From Girardia tigrina (lineage: Eukaryota), in assembly GCA_001938485.1 (NCBI GenBank), contig MQRK01224483.1:1-53874 (forward strand): 53,874 bases of DNA, in the 5' to 3' direction. Position 1 is the first letter of the stretch; every line of letters begins with the position of its first letter. The notes beneath the pieces were generated by a model, which was not told the DNA's origin, did no database searches, and was given only the letters and a program-made list of their open reading frames with translations. Both the position numbers and the translations under genes were made by a program. Shown piece after piece: positions 11,493 to 26,400 of the stretch.

Positions 11493-14400
11493 ATGATCGA
11501 ATATATTTTGTGCATTTTTGAATATAAATTTCTTCTCATTTTATTCGTATTTTATTTACTCTATAGGTAACTTATTCATTGTTATTTTGATAAATGCATA
11601 ATATCACATTAAGATATGGCACATTAAACCACAATCTTCACAAAAAGCTTGGTAAAAAGGGTCCACCACCTTTACCTTACCTTGGAAATTTTCGGGACTT
11701 GTCTCGCATGGGTTCGCATGATTTGGATAAAATGTGTCGAAAAAAATATGGAAAAATATATCCGTACAAATGATATTTTTTACACCAATTAATTATTTTT
11801 TCAGATTTTATTTAGGTAATATGCCTGTATCTATTGTTGCAGATGAAGAAGTTCTGAAACAGATTTTGATCAAAGATGCAAAATGCTTCACAGACAGACT
11901 GGTAAAATTGATTACAATAGTTAAGAAATGGAAATATATTTAAGTCAAAACTTTATTTTATAATCCTAATTATTTCTAACTTTTGCTACAAATTATTGGT
12001 ACAAAAATAATTTGGACTTCTTTATATTTATTATATAATAATTTTAATTTCTTTATTTTTAGACTTGAGATGTTTATTTTGTTCTTCTAAGAAAGTAAGA
12101 GGAAAGGAAACACTAAAATGAAAATCCTTTACAATAAAATCTTTCTTTTTTCTAAATCTTTCTATAACAATCAGAGTATTCAATAATAATACTTTTCAAA
12201 ACATTTTCGAAACAAAAAGTAACGTAAAACCTTTTCTTAAGGATATTTATCATGTCCAGTAAGAACCGAAAATTTTCCAAAATTTCGACAAAGGTTATAT
12301 ATAATTAATGTAATTTCCTCACTGATCAGATAAAAAATAATACATTTCTTTTAAATATTTTTATCAGTGGGCTCTTTACAACCATCCTATCTTCTGAAGC
12401 ATCTCTAAGATCTTTAACATTTGAACCAAAGTTATCACCAGAGTTCTAAATTTTACGTTCCTCTCCTGAAGCACCTGTCGGTATTCCCCTTTGATTTTTG
12501 TTTACGCAATTTAATGGGTTACCAACTAAGTAATTGCCGATTTCAGTTATAGATGTCTCGCACTCACATTTTTGTGATGTCCAAAAAAAGTGATGTCCAA
12601 CATTTTTGTGATGTCCAAGCTCCAAAAAAAGTTACGTGGTATGTATGTTAAGGAAGCCCTCAAAGAAAGGCAATGCCGAAATTAATTTAAAAAATTCCGT
12701 TTTGGAGATCTTTGTCTTAAAGATGATCAAATTTATGATTAACCAGTTGAGCTAATTAGGATGAAATCAAAACCATCGTTGAAGTGGATCGTCACATAAC
12801 TACGCGGGAGATTGCAGAGAAATTCAATGTTTTATATACATCCATTAAGAAGATTGAAAACGTGACGGTTTCGTTAAGAAGCTTGATATTTAGGTTCCAT
12901 ATCATTTGAAAGAAGTTCATCTGTCAATTCGCATCCATGCTTGCGATTCATTGCTTACACGCAACGCATTTGATCTTTTTTAAAACAAATCGTCACTGGA
13001 GACAAAAATGGGATTGGGAATTAAAAACTATTATGGTGCACGTGTCATGAGTCATTGTAAACCACTTCAAAGGCAAATATCAATCGAAAGAAGATTTTAC
13101 TGTCTATTTGGTTTGATATGAAAGGTCCAGTGTATTTTGAGCTGTTTCCAAGGAACCAAACCAATAATTCGGAGGTCTATTGTCAGCAACTGGACTAATT
13201 GAATGTATTGGACAAGGAAAACGACCAGAATCATTTTCCATGGTTACATTTTCAACAAGGATAATGATATGCCTCACAAAGCTATGACCCCTTGGCAAAT
13301 ATTGATGAATATGGGTTGGAGATTGATGTGGCACGCATCATATAACCCTAATTATAAAGCACCATATAACGCACCGTCAGATTACTACATACAGGGTGTC
13401 CCAAAAATATGTATACACATTAAAAATTTAATTTTATTGATTAAAAAAGTAAAAATAAGTACGAGTAATATTTATTTATATTGGTTACAGTTTGTTCTCA
13501 AACTGACGTCCATCTTGATCCAGACACTTCTGACAACGCGAAGCAATGGAATCGCACACATCAACAAACATTTCCCTTGGTATTTTGCTGCATTCATGTT
13601 CAATTGCTTCTCTCAATTCAGCGATTGTTGCAGGTTTCTTAGCGTAGACTTTGTCTTTTAAGTATCCCCATAAGAAAAAATCTAGTGGTGTTAGGTCTGG
13701 TGAACGGGCAGGATATTCAACAAAACCTCTTCGTCCAATCCACCTGTTTGGCAAGAGCTCATCCAGAAAGGAACAAACATCGCGATGGTAATGTGAGGGT
13801 GCCCCATCTTGCTGAAAAAAAACTCTTCATCTTCAAAGTCAATTCTAATGCTTGGAATAACAAACTGTTGCAGCAAGTTCAAGTAAATTGGACCNNNNNN
13901 NNNNNNNNNNNNNNNNNNNNNNNNNNNNNNNNNNNNNNNNNNNNNNNNNNNNNNNNNNNNNNNNNNNNNNNNNNNNNNNNNNNNNNNNNNNNNNNNNNNN
14001 NNNNNNNNNNNNNNNNNNNNNNNNNNNNNNNNNNNNNNNNNNNNNNNNNNNNNNNNNNNNNNNNNNNNNNNNNNNNNNNNNNNNNNNNNNNNNNNNNNNN
14101 NNNNNNNNNNNNNNNNNNNNNNNNNNNNNNNNNNNNNNNNNNNNNNNNNNNNNNNNNNNNNNNNNNNNNNNNNNNNNNNNNNNNNNNNNNNNNNNNNNNN
14201 NNNNNNNNNNNNNNNNNNNNNNNNNNNNNNNNNNNNNNNNNNNNNNNNNNNNNNNNNNNNNNNNNNNNNNNNNNNNNNNNNNNNNNNNNNNNNNNNNNNN
14301 NNNNNNNNNNNNNNNNNNNNNNNNNNNNNNNNNNNNNNNNNNNNNNNNNNNNNNNNNNNNNNNNNNNNNNNNNNNNNNNNNNNNNNNNNNNNNNNNNNNN

Positions 14401-17400
14401 NNNNNNNNNNNNNNNNNNNNNNNNNNNNNNNNNNNNNNNNNNNNNNNNNNNNNNNNNNNNNNNNNNNNNNNNNNNNNNNNNNNNNNNNNNNNNNNNNNNN
14501 NNNNNNNNNNNNNNNNNNNNNNNNNNNNNNNNNNNNNNNNNNNNNNNNNNNNNNNNNNNNNNATGTTAAAAAAACTATTTATATTAAATATAATGAAAGT
14601 TAAACATAAATAAAATTCAATAAAATTCAATAAAATTAAATTTTTAATGTGTATACATATTTTTGGGACACCCTGTATTTAGATTCCTGAACAACTCCCT
14701 TCGTGGTAAAAATTTGACTAGTCTGCTGTACTAATTATTTACGTATATAGTTTACTAAAACGACTCCTTTGTGTCGTTTCAGCATTTAATCGATCGTAGT
14801 TCCTTTTCACATTATCTTCAGCTAGTAATCAAGTGTCTTTGAGCTCCATTCAACAAAATTGTATACGGCTGACTGAATTGTTAGTGTTAATCTTTCTTCC
14901 AGGTAATCTTCCAGTAATCTTATTGCTGGAAAAGAGTATAGCCCTGAGTATTGCAGTCTGAGAATTCCTTGTTATCACATAACTCCCTTATCACCCTACT
15001 ACTCAATGTCGTATTAGAAAACACTTGGTTTTGCTTACCTCGTTGCACATAGCACATATTTCAAAACCTATAGTACACGTTTTATTGTTACAATAGGTAT
15101 CCACCAAGGAAGATCGTTCCTTGGAGGTGGAAAGCTAGACTCCACATTTAACTTAGAATGCTATCCTATCAAACATTTTTGTAACTCATCTTTATTTTGC
15201 TTTATTATTTGCATTATTACAAAATCATATACCGTTCTTCTTACTTAACCAAAATCCAATTGGAATAGGTACTATGGTACCTTCCATACACATCTGGTAC
15301 TAACTTTTGAAATTCTTGATTGATCTTCTCAATTTTAATAAATGTGGGGCCCATGTTCCAAAAACATTTTTTATTAAAAATAATTGATAACTTTTTTATA
15401 CCGTTAATATTAAATTACACTGGATTTTCAATGCTACTTAGAGTAAGTAAGTGATTTTTCGTCTCGTAATTATTTCATATTTGTTAAATAGTTTGATTGG
15501 AAAAATGCAAGCTACATATTATATAAAGAATATTGTATATATTCATGAAAGTGAAATAAATATATCTGGTGAAAGTTTATTTAAAATTCAAATAGTTTTT
15601 AATGTTATCTTTTTCACGAAAAACTGCTTCTATGTATTGAGGTCTGCTATCTATATATACATTATCCGTATCTCAAACATATTCATTAACTCAAAAAAAT
15701 ATTTGAAGCTGAAAATTTCTTATGTAAATAAGTGTTCATAAAAATGTAATCTACTGTATTTTATTATATTCTGTTATACAATAAAAAGAATGTAATCTTA
15801 ATATTTGGTTCATATGTTAATTTAAAATTGATTGTAGAATCTTAATGTTAACAACAAAATAACTGAAAAGATGTTAAATGTTCTGAGAGGAAAAGATTGG
15901 GAGAGAGTCCGGAATTTGATTTCTCCCACATTCACATCAGGCAAACTTCGAAAGGTTTATTTACTTATTTTTTCTTTACTTTAAATTTTTATTTTGTAAT
16001 CCTAATAAAACTCAAGTAATTACGAAGTGCGTCCAATAAATAGTGATACTTTTTAGGAGTCATATAAAGCCAAATATAATTTGCACTTTCACCAAGGAAG
16101 TCATGTAGGGTTTATTTCTAGAAAATATTTCCATTTTTAATTAACAAACGTTTTTTCAGTGTATGAATAGGTTTTTAAACTTTATTTTGAAGAAGTCGGA
16201 AGACTTTTCGGTAATAATTTATGTCACTGTATCTGTTTGGTGCAGAGTGGGTGCAGTTGCGTCGCCATGGCACTGCATGGTCTTTAAGAAGGCCCTGGAT
16301 CTCAAGTGAATTACATTAATCTATTCTTACTGTGTTGAAATTCAAATGAAACTCAAGCAACCACAGAATGACTTCCGAACGAGATTCTGGTGTTACAGGA
16401 TAGAAACTTTTGAACTTCGAATCAGTGGAGACGAAGAGATAACTCGATTTTCAGAACGATATTAATAACCTAACAAATGCATTTCATCTGATAATTGACA
16501 TTTTTTCCCGAGTTTAGCAATTGACTGAAAGAAATTTAAATTGTGTTACAGTAAAACCTCTCTATAAGGAGTTATTTGGGACCGAGAAAACTACATCTCT
16601 ATAACTAGAATATTTCAACGCTGTTGCCTTAATCAGCTTTCCAGTTACTGGGAATGCCATTTCATTACATTTACATGTATTTATGTATGTATATTATGTA
16701 TTAATATATTAAAAAATATAATATTAAAAAAGAGGGTGAACTGAGATTAAGGAGTCAATTGTGTCGATCGATATTGGCGAAATGTGACCGTCACGCTCCA
16801 CTCGCGTTGGGCAAGTCTCCATTGTGTGACAATTATTCGAATCAGCCAAATGATAGAGATAAACACGATCATGCCAGTGCATGGTAATACTGACTCATTA
16901 AATGTTGAAATAAACAGTAAATATCGAGAATATGCTTGGTTGTGGATAATTGACCATTTGAAAATGAATTATGTGAAATCGAACTCTACCCCAGAACCTC
17001 CAGCTCCGCTATCGACACGACGCAGCCACGTTACGGTTCACCGGCGACATGACATATTTACAACGTTCGGGAAATTAATCTATGATCGATTGAAGACTTA
17101 TTTAATTTGTGTCGCTGATAAATGGGGTTTCCTAATTATAATTGAATTTCTTGAGTAAATTGCCACAACATGAATTGATATTTAGAAATTTCTAACTTCA
17201 CAAGGTTCTTTTTAAGATGACTAAATAATTAGTAGTATGTTGAAACCAGTCACATCAGCCAGATTAAGGCCATTAACTTTCAAAAACACAGTCAACATGA
17301 GAAACGTTTAGTGTCTTGAAGAAGACTTTTAAAATTGATTTCTTTAAGAATCCTTTATTCTAAAGAATTCAGTTTAGGCTCTCGAATATAGAGTGATTAC

Positions 17401-20400
17401 GGTGTACCATCTATTATCATGATATTGCCCAAAGAACATTCTAAAACATTATTTAAAATATGAAGGTTCTCTTTGCAACATTGCAGTCCGAAATTTCGCA
17501 TTTCACTAGTTCAAAATTGTGACGCGAAGATGGATCATAATTTTATTATGCCAGTTACACTTAGAAATGTGCTTATAGTTTCTTTCCTTAAATGGAGACA
17601 CATTGTTGATTCTCTTGTTGTAAGAAATTACTCTCTTCCTAAACATTTTTTCTCAGTTCATCTGATATTTTTCGATCAATTTCCCAAGGCCGTCTTTGCT
17701 TTTCATTATTAATTACGGAAAGTAATTGTAAAAATAATAAATTGTTGATAAAGAAATACACTCATCCACATATACAGCAATCAGCCCTGCATTAACTTAT
17801 TGTCCTAAAAAGCAGTTATCTCAAAACTCGTCGCCAATCGCAAAGTACAGATGATCGGTTGGAATCCATTATGAATACAACGGACTGAACGAGAATCAAC
17901 AATTCATTGATTACCGCGATGGTTGGTTTCGGCTTCGACGGCGGTCTTCTACATTATTCGAACTGGGACTAAACTAAAAGATCCAGAAAATTGCTTTTGA
18001 CCTTCTAACCACAACTCCTGTCTTTCTCAAATAAAAAACGAATCACGCTGTGGTATTTGTAGGTATTCCTAGAGGCACTTAAAAATATACGCTAAAGTAA
18101 CTGAAACAATAAGTAGTTATATCAAAAAAAACTGTATACCATGTACCCATGCACATTAAAAAAATATATTTTTAGTTTGACTTATTTCATTTTTTTAAGA
18201 TATTTAATATTAAGATATTTTATCTCTTAGGCATAGAGTATACTGTAATTTGATTCTGGCTATTCACAGACAAAGATACTGTGAATTTAAAATTAATAAT
18301 TTAATAATTTGCAAGAAATGTATGAAAACATTACAAATACATTCCAGAATCGTGCATATTGATAAATTGTTGTCTGTTGATTAAAATTTTTCTTTAAAAT
18401 AAGAACAAAACATTTCAATTGATTATAAATAGAATTTCATCAACAGCACAATATTCCACATTTGCATGTAGAAGTATGCATAATAAAGAGAGAAAAATAT
18501 AATAACGAGAGAAAATATATGGGCATTAAATATCTTTGTTGTAAATTTTTTCAAAATTTACGTGCTTAAGATATACGGTAGTGAGAATTACGAGTATCTT
18601 TCAACCTTGATAAATCAATTACTCTTGACTGATCAAGGTATAAATAAATGAGATAAATCCCAAAATAAATAGAACAAGTAATTTAAAAAAATGATTCTTT
18701 TAAAAAAAATATATTAATAATTCATTATAAATATAACGGAAGGATAAAAATAAGTTTTAGGATTGTCAATAAACAAGAAAATTGGTCCGGTAATAGTGTT
18801 AAGGAAATAATTAGTCTAACGAGACTGAAATGACTGGACCCTAACTTTCTGAGATTGCCCAGATTTAGGGTACTAGGTTTGTTTCCTCTGTTAATATGAG
18901 TAGTAAGGATTTTATAGATAAAGTGAGTACGTCGAGACTGAAAGAATGTGTGAGTATTTTTTTCTGTCTAAATTATAATTCTCGAAAGGATAACGGATAA
19001 GAAAAGTTCTACAGATGAGTTCGAAAATCTTCTGTTTTTCTATGACAATTGATCGATTTTTTAATATCAATATTTATATTATAATTAATCTCGCATATTT
19101 ATTTATAACTATATTATTATTATATTTGGACACTTCACTACTTTTTATTGTTATGATCTTCTTATTCTGATAAAACATTTACAATCTTCAAATCACCCTC
19201 TTTTCCTATGTACCGTGCGATAATTTATGGATGATTAATAATTACAAAATTTTTCATACGGTATCTGAATTGAGAGTTACAAATTTTTGGACTTTGGTTA
19301 AAGCACAACAGAAAGATACCGTACAATTTTCGTTATACTTTGGACATTGAGCAAATTATCATCATTTGTTAAATTCGGAATGGAGTGTTTGTTATATATG
19401 CATATACAATTTAAAAATTTTACAGATGTCACCTTTGATTTCGGATGGAATTGAACTGTTCAAAAAACGAATGGCAGATCATCCAGAGAATGAACCCATC
19501 GATTTTAAAGAGTAATTTATACGTATTTTATCGAATATATGAACAATGTGATTTTGTTAACGAATTTCTATAACGAGCCACGATATTGCTGAATTCATGA
19601 ATGATACAAAGATGTTTTTATTTCAGAAAATTATTACCCTTATGAAACGGGGGCTTTCGATTTATTAATAAAAAGATGAATAGAACGAAGCTTTGGTTAT
19701 AAAAAGACTAAGACTATTCTTTTATCATAATAATATGAACAACTTTGTATGGTACTTCTATGTGCCTCCAAAACTATCTTAATATTGTAACTGATGACCG
19801 TTTATACTTATATAATGAATTTTCTTGCGGAAATAATGATAAAAGAAAAGCATGAAACATTTTGTACAATGAGAATGTCTATCAATTTTTGCACATTTAC
19901 AAAAGTTGTACTTGAGAGAAATAAAAAAAACTGGAATTATATTGTTTCCGTATATAGTTAGTAATCTACAACAAAAAGAATAAGGAGATTTTATTGACTT
20001 CTGAAAATTAATAATTTATTCTTCATAATAAAGAACATTTTATCAAATATTTTTAGATCCTTCAACCTCAAAAAAGCTTTTCTTTTTCTCTTGTCTCATT
20101 GCTCCAAGTCTCTTTTTGTGTGGTCTCAGTTTTCTGAGTGTCATTCTTCGGTTTCATGATGCCAAGGGTAAATTCACGGTCAAATTTGCAAGAAACATAT
20201 GATTTGATTAAAATTTAAAGTGTTAAAAGTTTCAAATTTATTAACACTATTACAATATGTAATGAATATTTTAAATTTAGTTTGTTGGAATTAGTATGTT
20301 GAATTATGTATGCTGAGGTTGGCATTCTCCCACTGAGATGGAAAACTGGTATTTTTGAAGTTCGTGATGACTAATTATTCGACCATGATGTAAATTTTCA

Positions 20401-23400
20401 ATTACAATTAAATATATTAATTATTAAAATATATTAATGAAATTTTCAATGACATTTGTCACTGGATGAAGTGGAAAGAGAGCCGGATCGCGTGAAAAAC
20501 AGTTGGGAGCAGAATCTTTGATGAATGATTGTATTGCGGACGTCTTTGAACAATTCGATATTATTGATGATAAAGAAGTTGAAAGGATCGAAATTTTGGA
20601 AAACGAAGGAGCTTCAATAATATTTTGAGACCTACAATAGAGCAAAATACCATAACTGCTTATGAAATCTGCTCCAAGAAGTGAGTGGACTGTGTCGGCA
20701 ACGGTGATGGTCCACTGAAAATCTTGTTGAAATCCGGAAAACCTGAATTGGAGTGAGATGGTTCCATACGTAAAAAATAGAAAAAAAATGGAAAAATAGA
20801 AAGGCTCGAACCGGAGTCGATTAGGAAATCAATGTTGTTGATTTTGAGACCAGAATCGGTTTGAAATTGAGCGTTGAGCATGAACAAGCTTAATGTAAGG
20901 TCATCTAAACGGGCTTCAGCGTCTAGAGGCTCTACTTGTTTTTGAAAATGTGCATCCTTGAAAACATATGATGGCCTTTGAACCGAAGCGATTTGGTAGA
21001 CGAAGATTGGACCAGAGAATAGAATCGGAATCCGATTTTGACCAACCACAGCCGATACAACATTTTTTTGCTTTGTTTGCGAACTGGAAATGGTATGAGT
21101 TAAGTAAAGAATTTCTTCTTTGGACGATTTTTTGATGAGGGAACGTGAATCTCGCCGGTTGACATAGGAACTGTCTGCTGAATTCTGAGTTAAAAGGGTC
21201 GTTAACAAAGTTACTTGTTTAGACAGCTCTTCGACTGTTGAACACAGGTCGGTACTCTGTATATTTGTGGAACTTGAACTTATTGATTCCTGGAGAACTC
21301 AATCAGCAATTGTAGCCAAATCAATATGGTCTGATTTATCGGAGCTTAATAATATTTGACGGATGTGGGCTGGCATCGCGGATAGGAATAATTCTTTGAC
21401 GAGTTCTGAATTTGAAGGACTGCCGGGATGGTACTTGAGAGGAATTTTGATGCTAAGGTATTGCCCAGTGTTTGAGGTTGGAAATATTTTTTAAATATTT
21501 CTAATTTTGATGAACTATAATGACTGAAAATAACATTTTTCAACTCTTCATATGGCTGAGAAGAATTGAGGCATTTGACAGCGCTGGATCCAAGTTTCTG
21601 GAGGAGTACAAAAGGTTGATTGCTGAGGAGATACTTGGCCATTGTCAAAGAATTGTGTTTGTTGTTGAACGAGAATTCGAAGATGGTAAACCAAGAAAGG
21701 GACGTACCGTCATTATCAACATAGAATGTCCGATGTTGAGGTAGGATTGAGTTGGCTGAATCTTCGGTAAATTCCGACACCATTGTAAAGAACGCAAACT
21801 AGATAACAAGATTTATTAGATGAATTATTGATTGGGGTTTGCTAACCAATTCAAATTGAAAATCGTCGATCTTTTATATTAAGGCAATATTATATAATAT
21901 TACATAATATGTCCTGAGGTCAGTTTATGCAATTGCATCTGACCTTATGATTGCATATTCCAGTGATGTCATGACATATGAAATCACCAGAATTTGAACT
22001 CTAGTGATGTCATGAGATGTGACATCATTGAAGTTCAATATTATTGAATGTGGAGAGGAATGACATCACCACAGTGTTAAATACATATTTTTAATTTAAA
22101 TTAGGCAAATAACTTTTGCCAAAATTATGAATTCAGTGAGCACATATCCGATGAGAAGAATTCAGTAAAGAATTACATTGTTCATATAATCGACTATCAT
22201 CGAATAATTTGATTTGACTTATTAATATAACCAAAGTCAAATAATGGTATAATAAAAAAATAAAATAATAACTCATCTCAGATTTTTCGGTGCTCTAACG
22301 ATGGACGTGATCGCTCGAAGCATGTTCGGAATGCACATTGACTCACAGACGAATCCGAATAATTCGTTTGTTGAACATGCAAAGAAGTTTTTTTCAGTGA
22401 CAATTTTAAATCCTTTTATTGTTTTAATCTGTAATAAATAGTTTAGTTTAGTATAAACCATCAATAAAATAATTTCAGTAATTTTTCCCGAATTGGCAAA
22501 ATGCATTCGCAAATTGATTCCGAATTGGAATTTTATGGGATACAAGACATTCAGATTTTTTACAGAGAATTTGGATAAAGCGATTAAAGAAAGAGAAAAA
22601 TCGTCAGAGGTACTTTTATTTTATTATAAATATTGTTAACAATAATCTAATGTAATGTAAATCTTTTTTCAAATGCAAAAAGTTTTCCGTTGCTTTTTAT
22701 GCTTTAAAGGGAGCTTCCTCAAAGATTTGTAGTTTCATTTGTCGAAGTATTATAAATAAAATCTCATACTTATTAGGTCTTTTCTCCTTTGACCATGACA
22801 TAAGTCAAAAGTTCCTAAATTTGAGAAAATGACGTTTTCTGTGTAAATATGCATGTCATTTTTTCCAAAAGCTACAAAAATTGTAAAATTATTATAAATT
22901 TATTTATTTATTTTATTGTTTATCATCAGAAATAGGAATTAGATAATTCATTATTTAAGAAAAACAACTGTGCTTTGGAAATGAATAGTAAAAAATTAAA
23001 TAAAAATTATATGAATTGTATTATTTCAAGTTTTTAATATATACAAGGTGGCCCACCGGGTACAGACCAATTTAAAATAGGCAAAATAGGTATCAAACGA
23101 TAGAAAAAGATATTTTATTTAATAATTTAAGAAATAAAATTTTCGAAATGTGATCCCTGTGACGTTACACAATGCCTAAGGCAACTTTCAAAGTTTTGAC
23201 CAATTTTTCAAGAAATTTTTCATCGGATTTTATGGACTTGATTTGATTTTCAATAGCTGCTTTAAGGTCGTCTTTTTATTTTAAAGGGGTTCTGCAGATG
23301 TTATACTTGAGATATTTTTTAGACGAAAAAATTAGACATAAAAATTTTAGACCAAATGTCTCGGTACTGAAGATGTTTGTGAAGGTGAAACATGTTGTCA

Positions 23401-26400
23401 AAAATAAATCGATAAATGGCATTTTTGTTATATTTATATATATAATTGTTAAATTGTAGAACTGTTTTAGTTGTTGAAGGTTACGGTAACGCACAAAGAA
23501 ATTGTATGAAATTTGAAAATGAAATAAAGTATTCTAAAATAGTTAAATTATTATTATTAATTTCACAATGAACTCAACACTCGATGGCCAATGACCGAGG
23601 AATTTTATCGATTTTTGAGTCAAGTGGGCGTACAAATCACCAACTCGTTTTGACAATTAATTTCTGTGGAACATTTGATTGACAATTGACAATTCGATTT
23701 GGAGTCTGAAAACAAATTGTCTTTTTACTGTCATTAACTATTATCGATGTATACCTAAAATATTATTAACAGAAAGAGAATCGTTCCTTATTAGGACAAA
23801 AATTATTGATTGCACAGATTCTGTTAAAACATGACATTGTGGGCTTTTAAGCTCACTGGAGGTTGGAGTTTATAAAATGAGTACCTGACTGAGATATGCA
23901 CCGTCATTGTCGGAGTGCAGCGACCACGCTACAAGGTTCTCTCTGGATCACCTAATACTATTTAACTATTTTATATGTTCTTTAACCAATGATATATAAG
24001 TTTATAACATTTAAAAGAAAATTATCAATGATATCAGGAAATGCTTCATTAAATCTAATATAGAAAATACTTTCTCATGGTAACCCAACAAAATAGCGCC
24101 GATCATTGTTTTTTTTATTTTCATTTAAGAAGTAAAAAATAACTCCGCCTCTTGATCGTCCAAACCCGTCTCTCGATTATTTCCGTATTTGTTTAGTCCT
24201 CAAACACGCTGTCGCCATGTTCCTATGCTTGTTCTTAAAATTTTCGCCAAACCCGGGCGCTTTCACCACGAACACTCACTGCCCAAGTCCTAGCGCCAAG
24301 CACGAGCGCCATCAACATCCCTCCGTCCACGCTCTCAGCCACCAGCACAAATGGCCCTAGAACAAAATATACACGTCCAAGAACTCGAACCTTGCGTCCC
24401 TGTCTGACAAAACACGGTGAGATGCATCCACGATCGAACTCCATCAGCAGAGCGTCATGGCGTCCTGGACCGCCGTCCATCCCGATCTACAAAATCACCT
24501 CCAATATCAAACCGCCGATCCTCCGGTCCTGTTTGACGAAATCGCCACTTCCTGGTGATCCCCTTAGACGCTACCCATTTGATATCGATAGAATTAGCGT
24601 CCTTGTTGATTTTCCTTCATCCGCACATATAAAATACAACAAAAAATATTCAAAGCCAAAATTTTAACAATTGATAAATATTAGCGCAATTTTGTCAGAG
24701 AACCCTTTCTCATAGTTAGTAAGACTAGCAATTATTTTTAACATTCTTAAGAGCATGAATAATATTTTCTAAATTTGTATTCCAAGAATTACCATCAATT
24801 TCCTTATATTAACCCCATCATTTAGAAAAAATTTCAAAAAAAAAGCTTGTCTTCTTGATCGGAATCATACTTGTAAGAATCTCATGCAATTTAACACTAG
24901 AAGAACGGAAGAGCTAACAACGACCCCTTGCATGTCAAAACTTTTAAACTGATGACTTTCATTTCTCCATGCTTATCAACATAGTTTTGTTTATAGATGT
25001 ATAGATATTTAGTATTAAGAATTAAAAAACAAATACTGGCTTAGATTTTAAATTCCGCTAGCAGTCATTTTGATTGCACCGTCCTTCTTGTGTTAGTAAA
25101 ATGAAATGAATTCACTTACAGCGATGTGTTTTCTAAACTAAAAAGCAGTTTTTGTTTTCTTAAGACCAGCTTAAAGTAAACAGAACATGGATATACCTTG
25201 ACAGGGAATATCAATAAAACTATATCATGATTAACTTTTATATAAACTTCATGTCTTCGTCCATGATTGAATTTTGTTTTTGCTGAAATTGCAGATTGTA
25301 CATATTAAGGATATTAACAGACGAAGTCGTATTACAAGATTTATTACGACTAAAATGATCTGTAATCAGCGTCTGGGGCATGACTTGTTTCTTCAATTGA
25401 TTTTTCAAAAATTTGCCAANNNNNNNNNNNNNNNNNNNNNNNNNNNNNNNNNNNNNNNNNNNNNNNNNNNNNNNNNNNNNNNNNNNNNNNNNNNNNNNNN
25501 NNNNNNNNNNNNNNNNNNNNNNNNNNNNNNNNNNNNNNNNNNNNNNNNNNNNNNNNNNNNNNNNNNNNNNNNNNNNNNNNNNNNNNNNNNNNNNNNNNNN
25601 NNNNNNNNNNNNNNNNNNNGACCAATAAAACGAAATTCATCTTTCGATGCATTGTTCTTCTTTATTAAAACTTTTTCTCCTATTTCGAAATTTCTGATTG
25701 TACCGACCGTCATATTTTTTTCCATGTTCTCTTCTTTCTATTTAATTTTTCCAATTATGTCTTGTTGTTTTGATTTTACTTCATCCTTCCTGTCTTTCCA
25801 TCAATGTGTTATTTTTCTACCGAATATTATCTCTGCAGGGCTCACTTCATTTGTTGCCTGAATAGTACAGTTCAACATGAATTCAATTTCCGGAAGTAGT
25901 TCCACCCAATCTTTATGTAATCNNNNNNNNNNNNNNNNNNNNNNNNNNNNNNNNNNNNNNNNNNNNNNNNNNNNNNNNNNNNNNNNNNNNNNNNNNNNNN
26001 NNNNNNNNNNNNNAAATCAAATCAATATTAAAAGTTTTAGCTAGGGACTTTATTAACTTTGAATCAAAAGTTTTCCCCTTATCCATGTGTATTTCCTTAG
26101 GAGGACCATGCTTCCAAATCCATTTTTCCAAAAGGATATTCTTTGTTGATTGTTCATCTTAATGAGCCACAGCGGTTAAACATATATATCTGCTGAAATG
26201 ATCTATAATTGCAAATATATATTGCTTACCATGAATATTTTTTTTAAAAGGTCCACAAAAATCAATATATATTTTCTGAAATGGTTNNNNNNNNNNNNNN
26301 NNNNNNNNNNNNNNNNNNNNNNNNNNNNNNNNNNNNNNNNNNNNNNNNNNNNNNNNNNNNNNNNNNNNNNNNNNNNNNNNNNNNNNNNNNNNNNNNNNNN

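Noticed and set aside
12568-12620. Three copies of GTGATGTCCAA
   Set aside because: A small local slippage duplication with no further structure.
13685-14630. Long X-filled ORFs (also at 25-30 kb and 51 kb)
   Set aside because: Open only because N runs contain no stops.
16022-16600. Isolated Tc1/mariner/pogo-like termini (TACGAAGTGCGTCCA, TACAGTAAAACCTC; also TACAGTAGGGG at the window end)
   Set aside because: No matching second TIR or transposase sequence seen, so too weak to delimit.
22273-22545. Minus-strand 90-aa ORF and similar shadow ORFs (27751, 31537, 44650, 49867, 52106)
   Set aside because: Antisense or alternate-frame shadows of real exons or TE ORFs.
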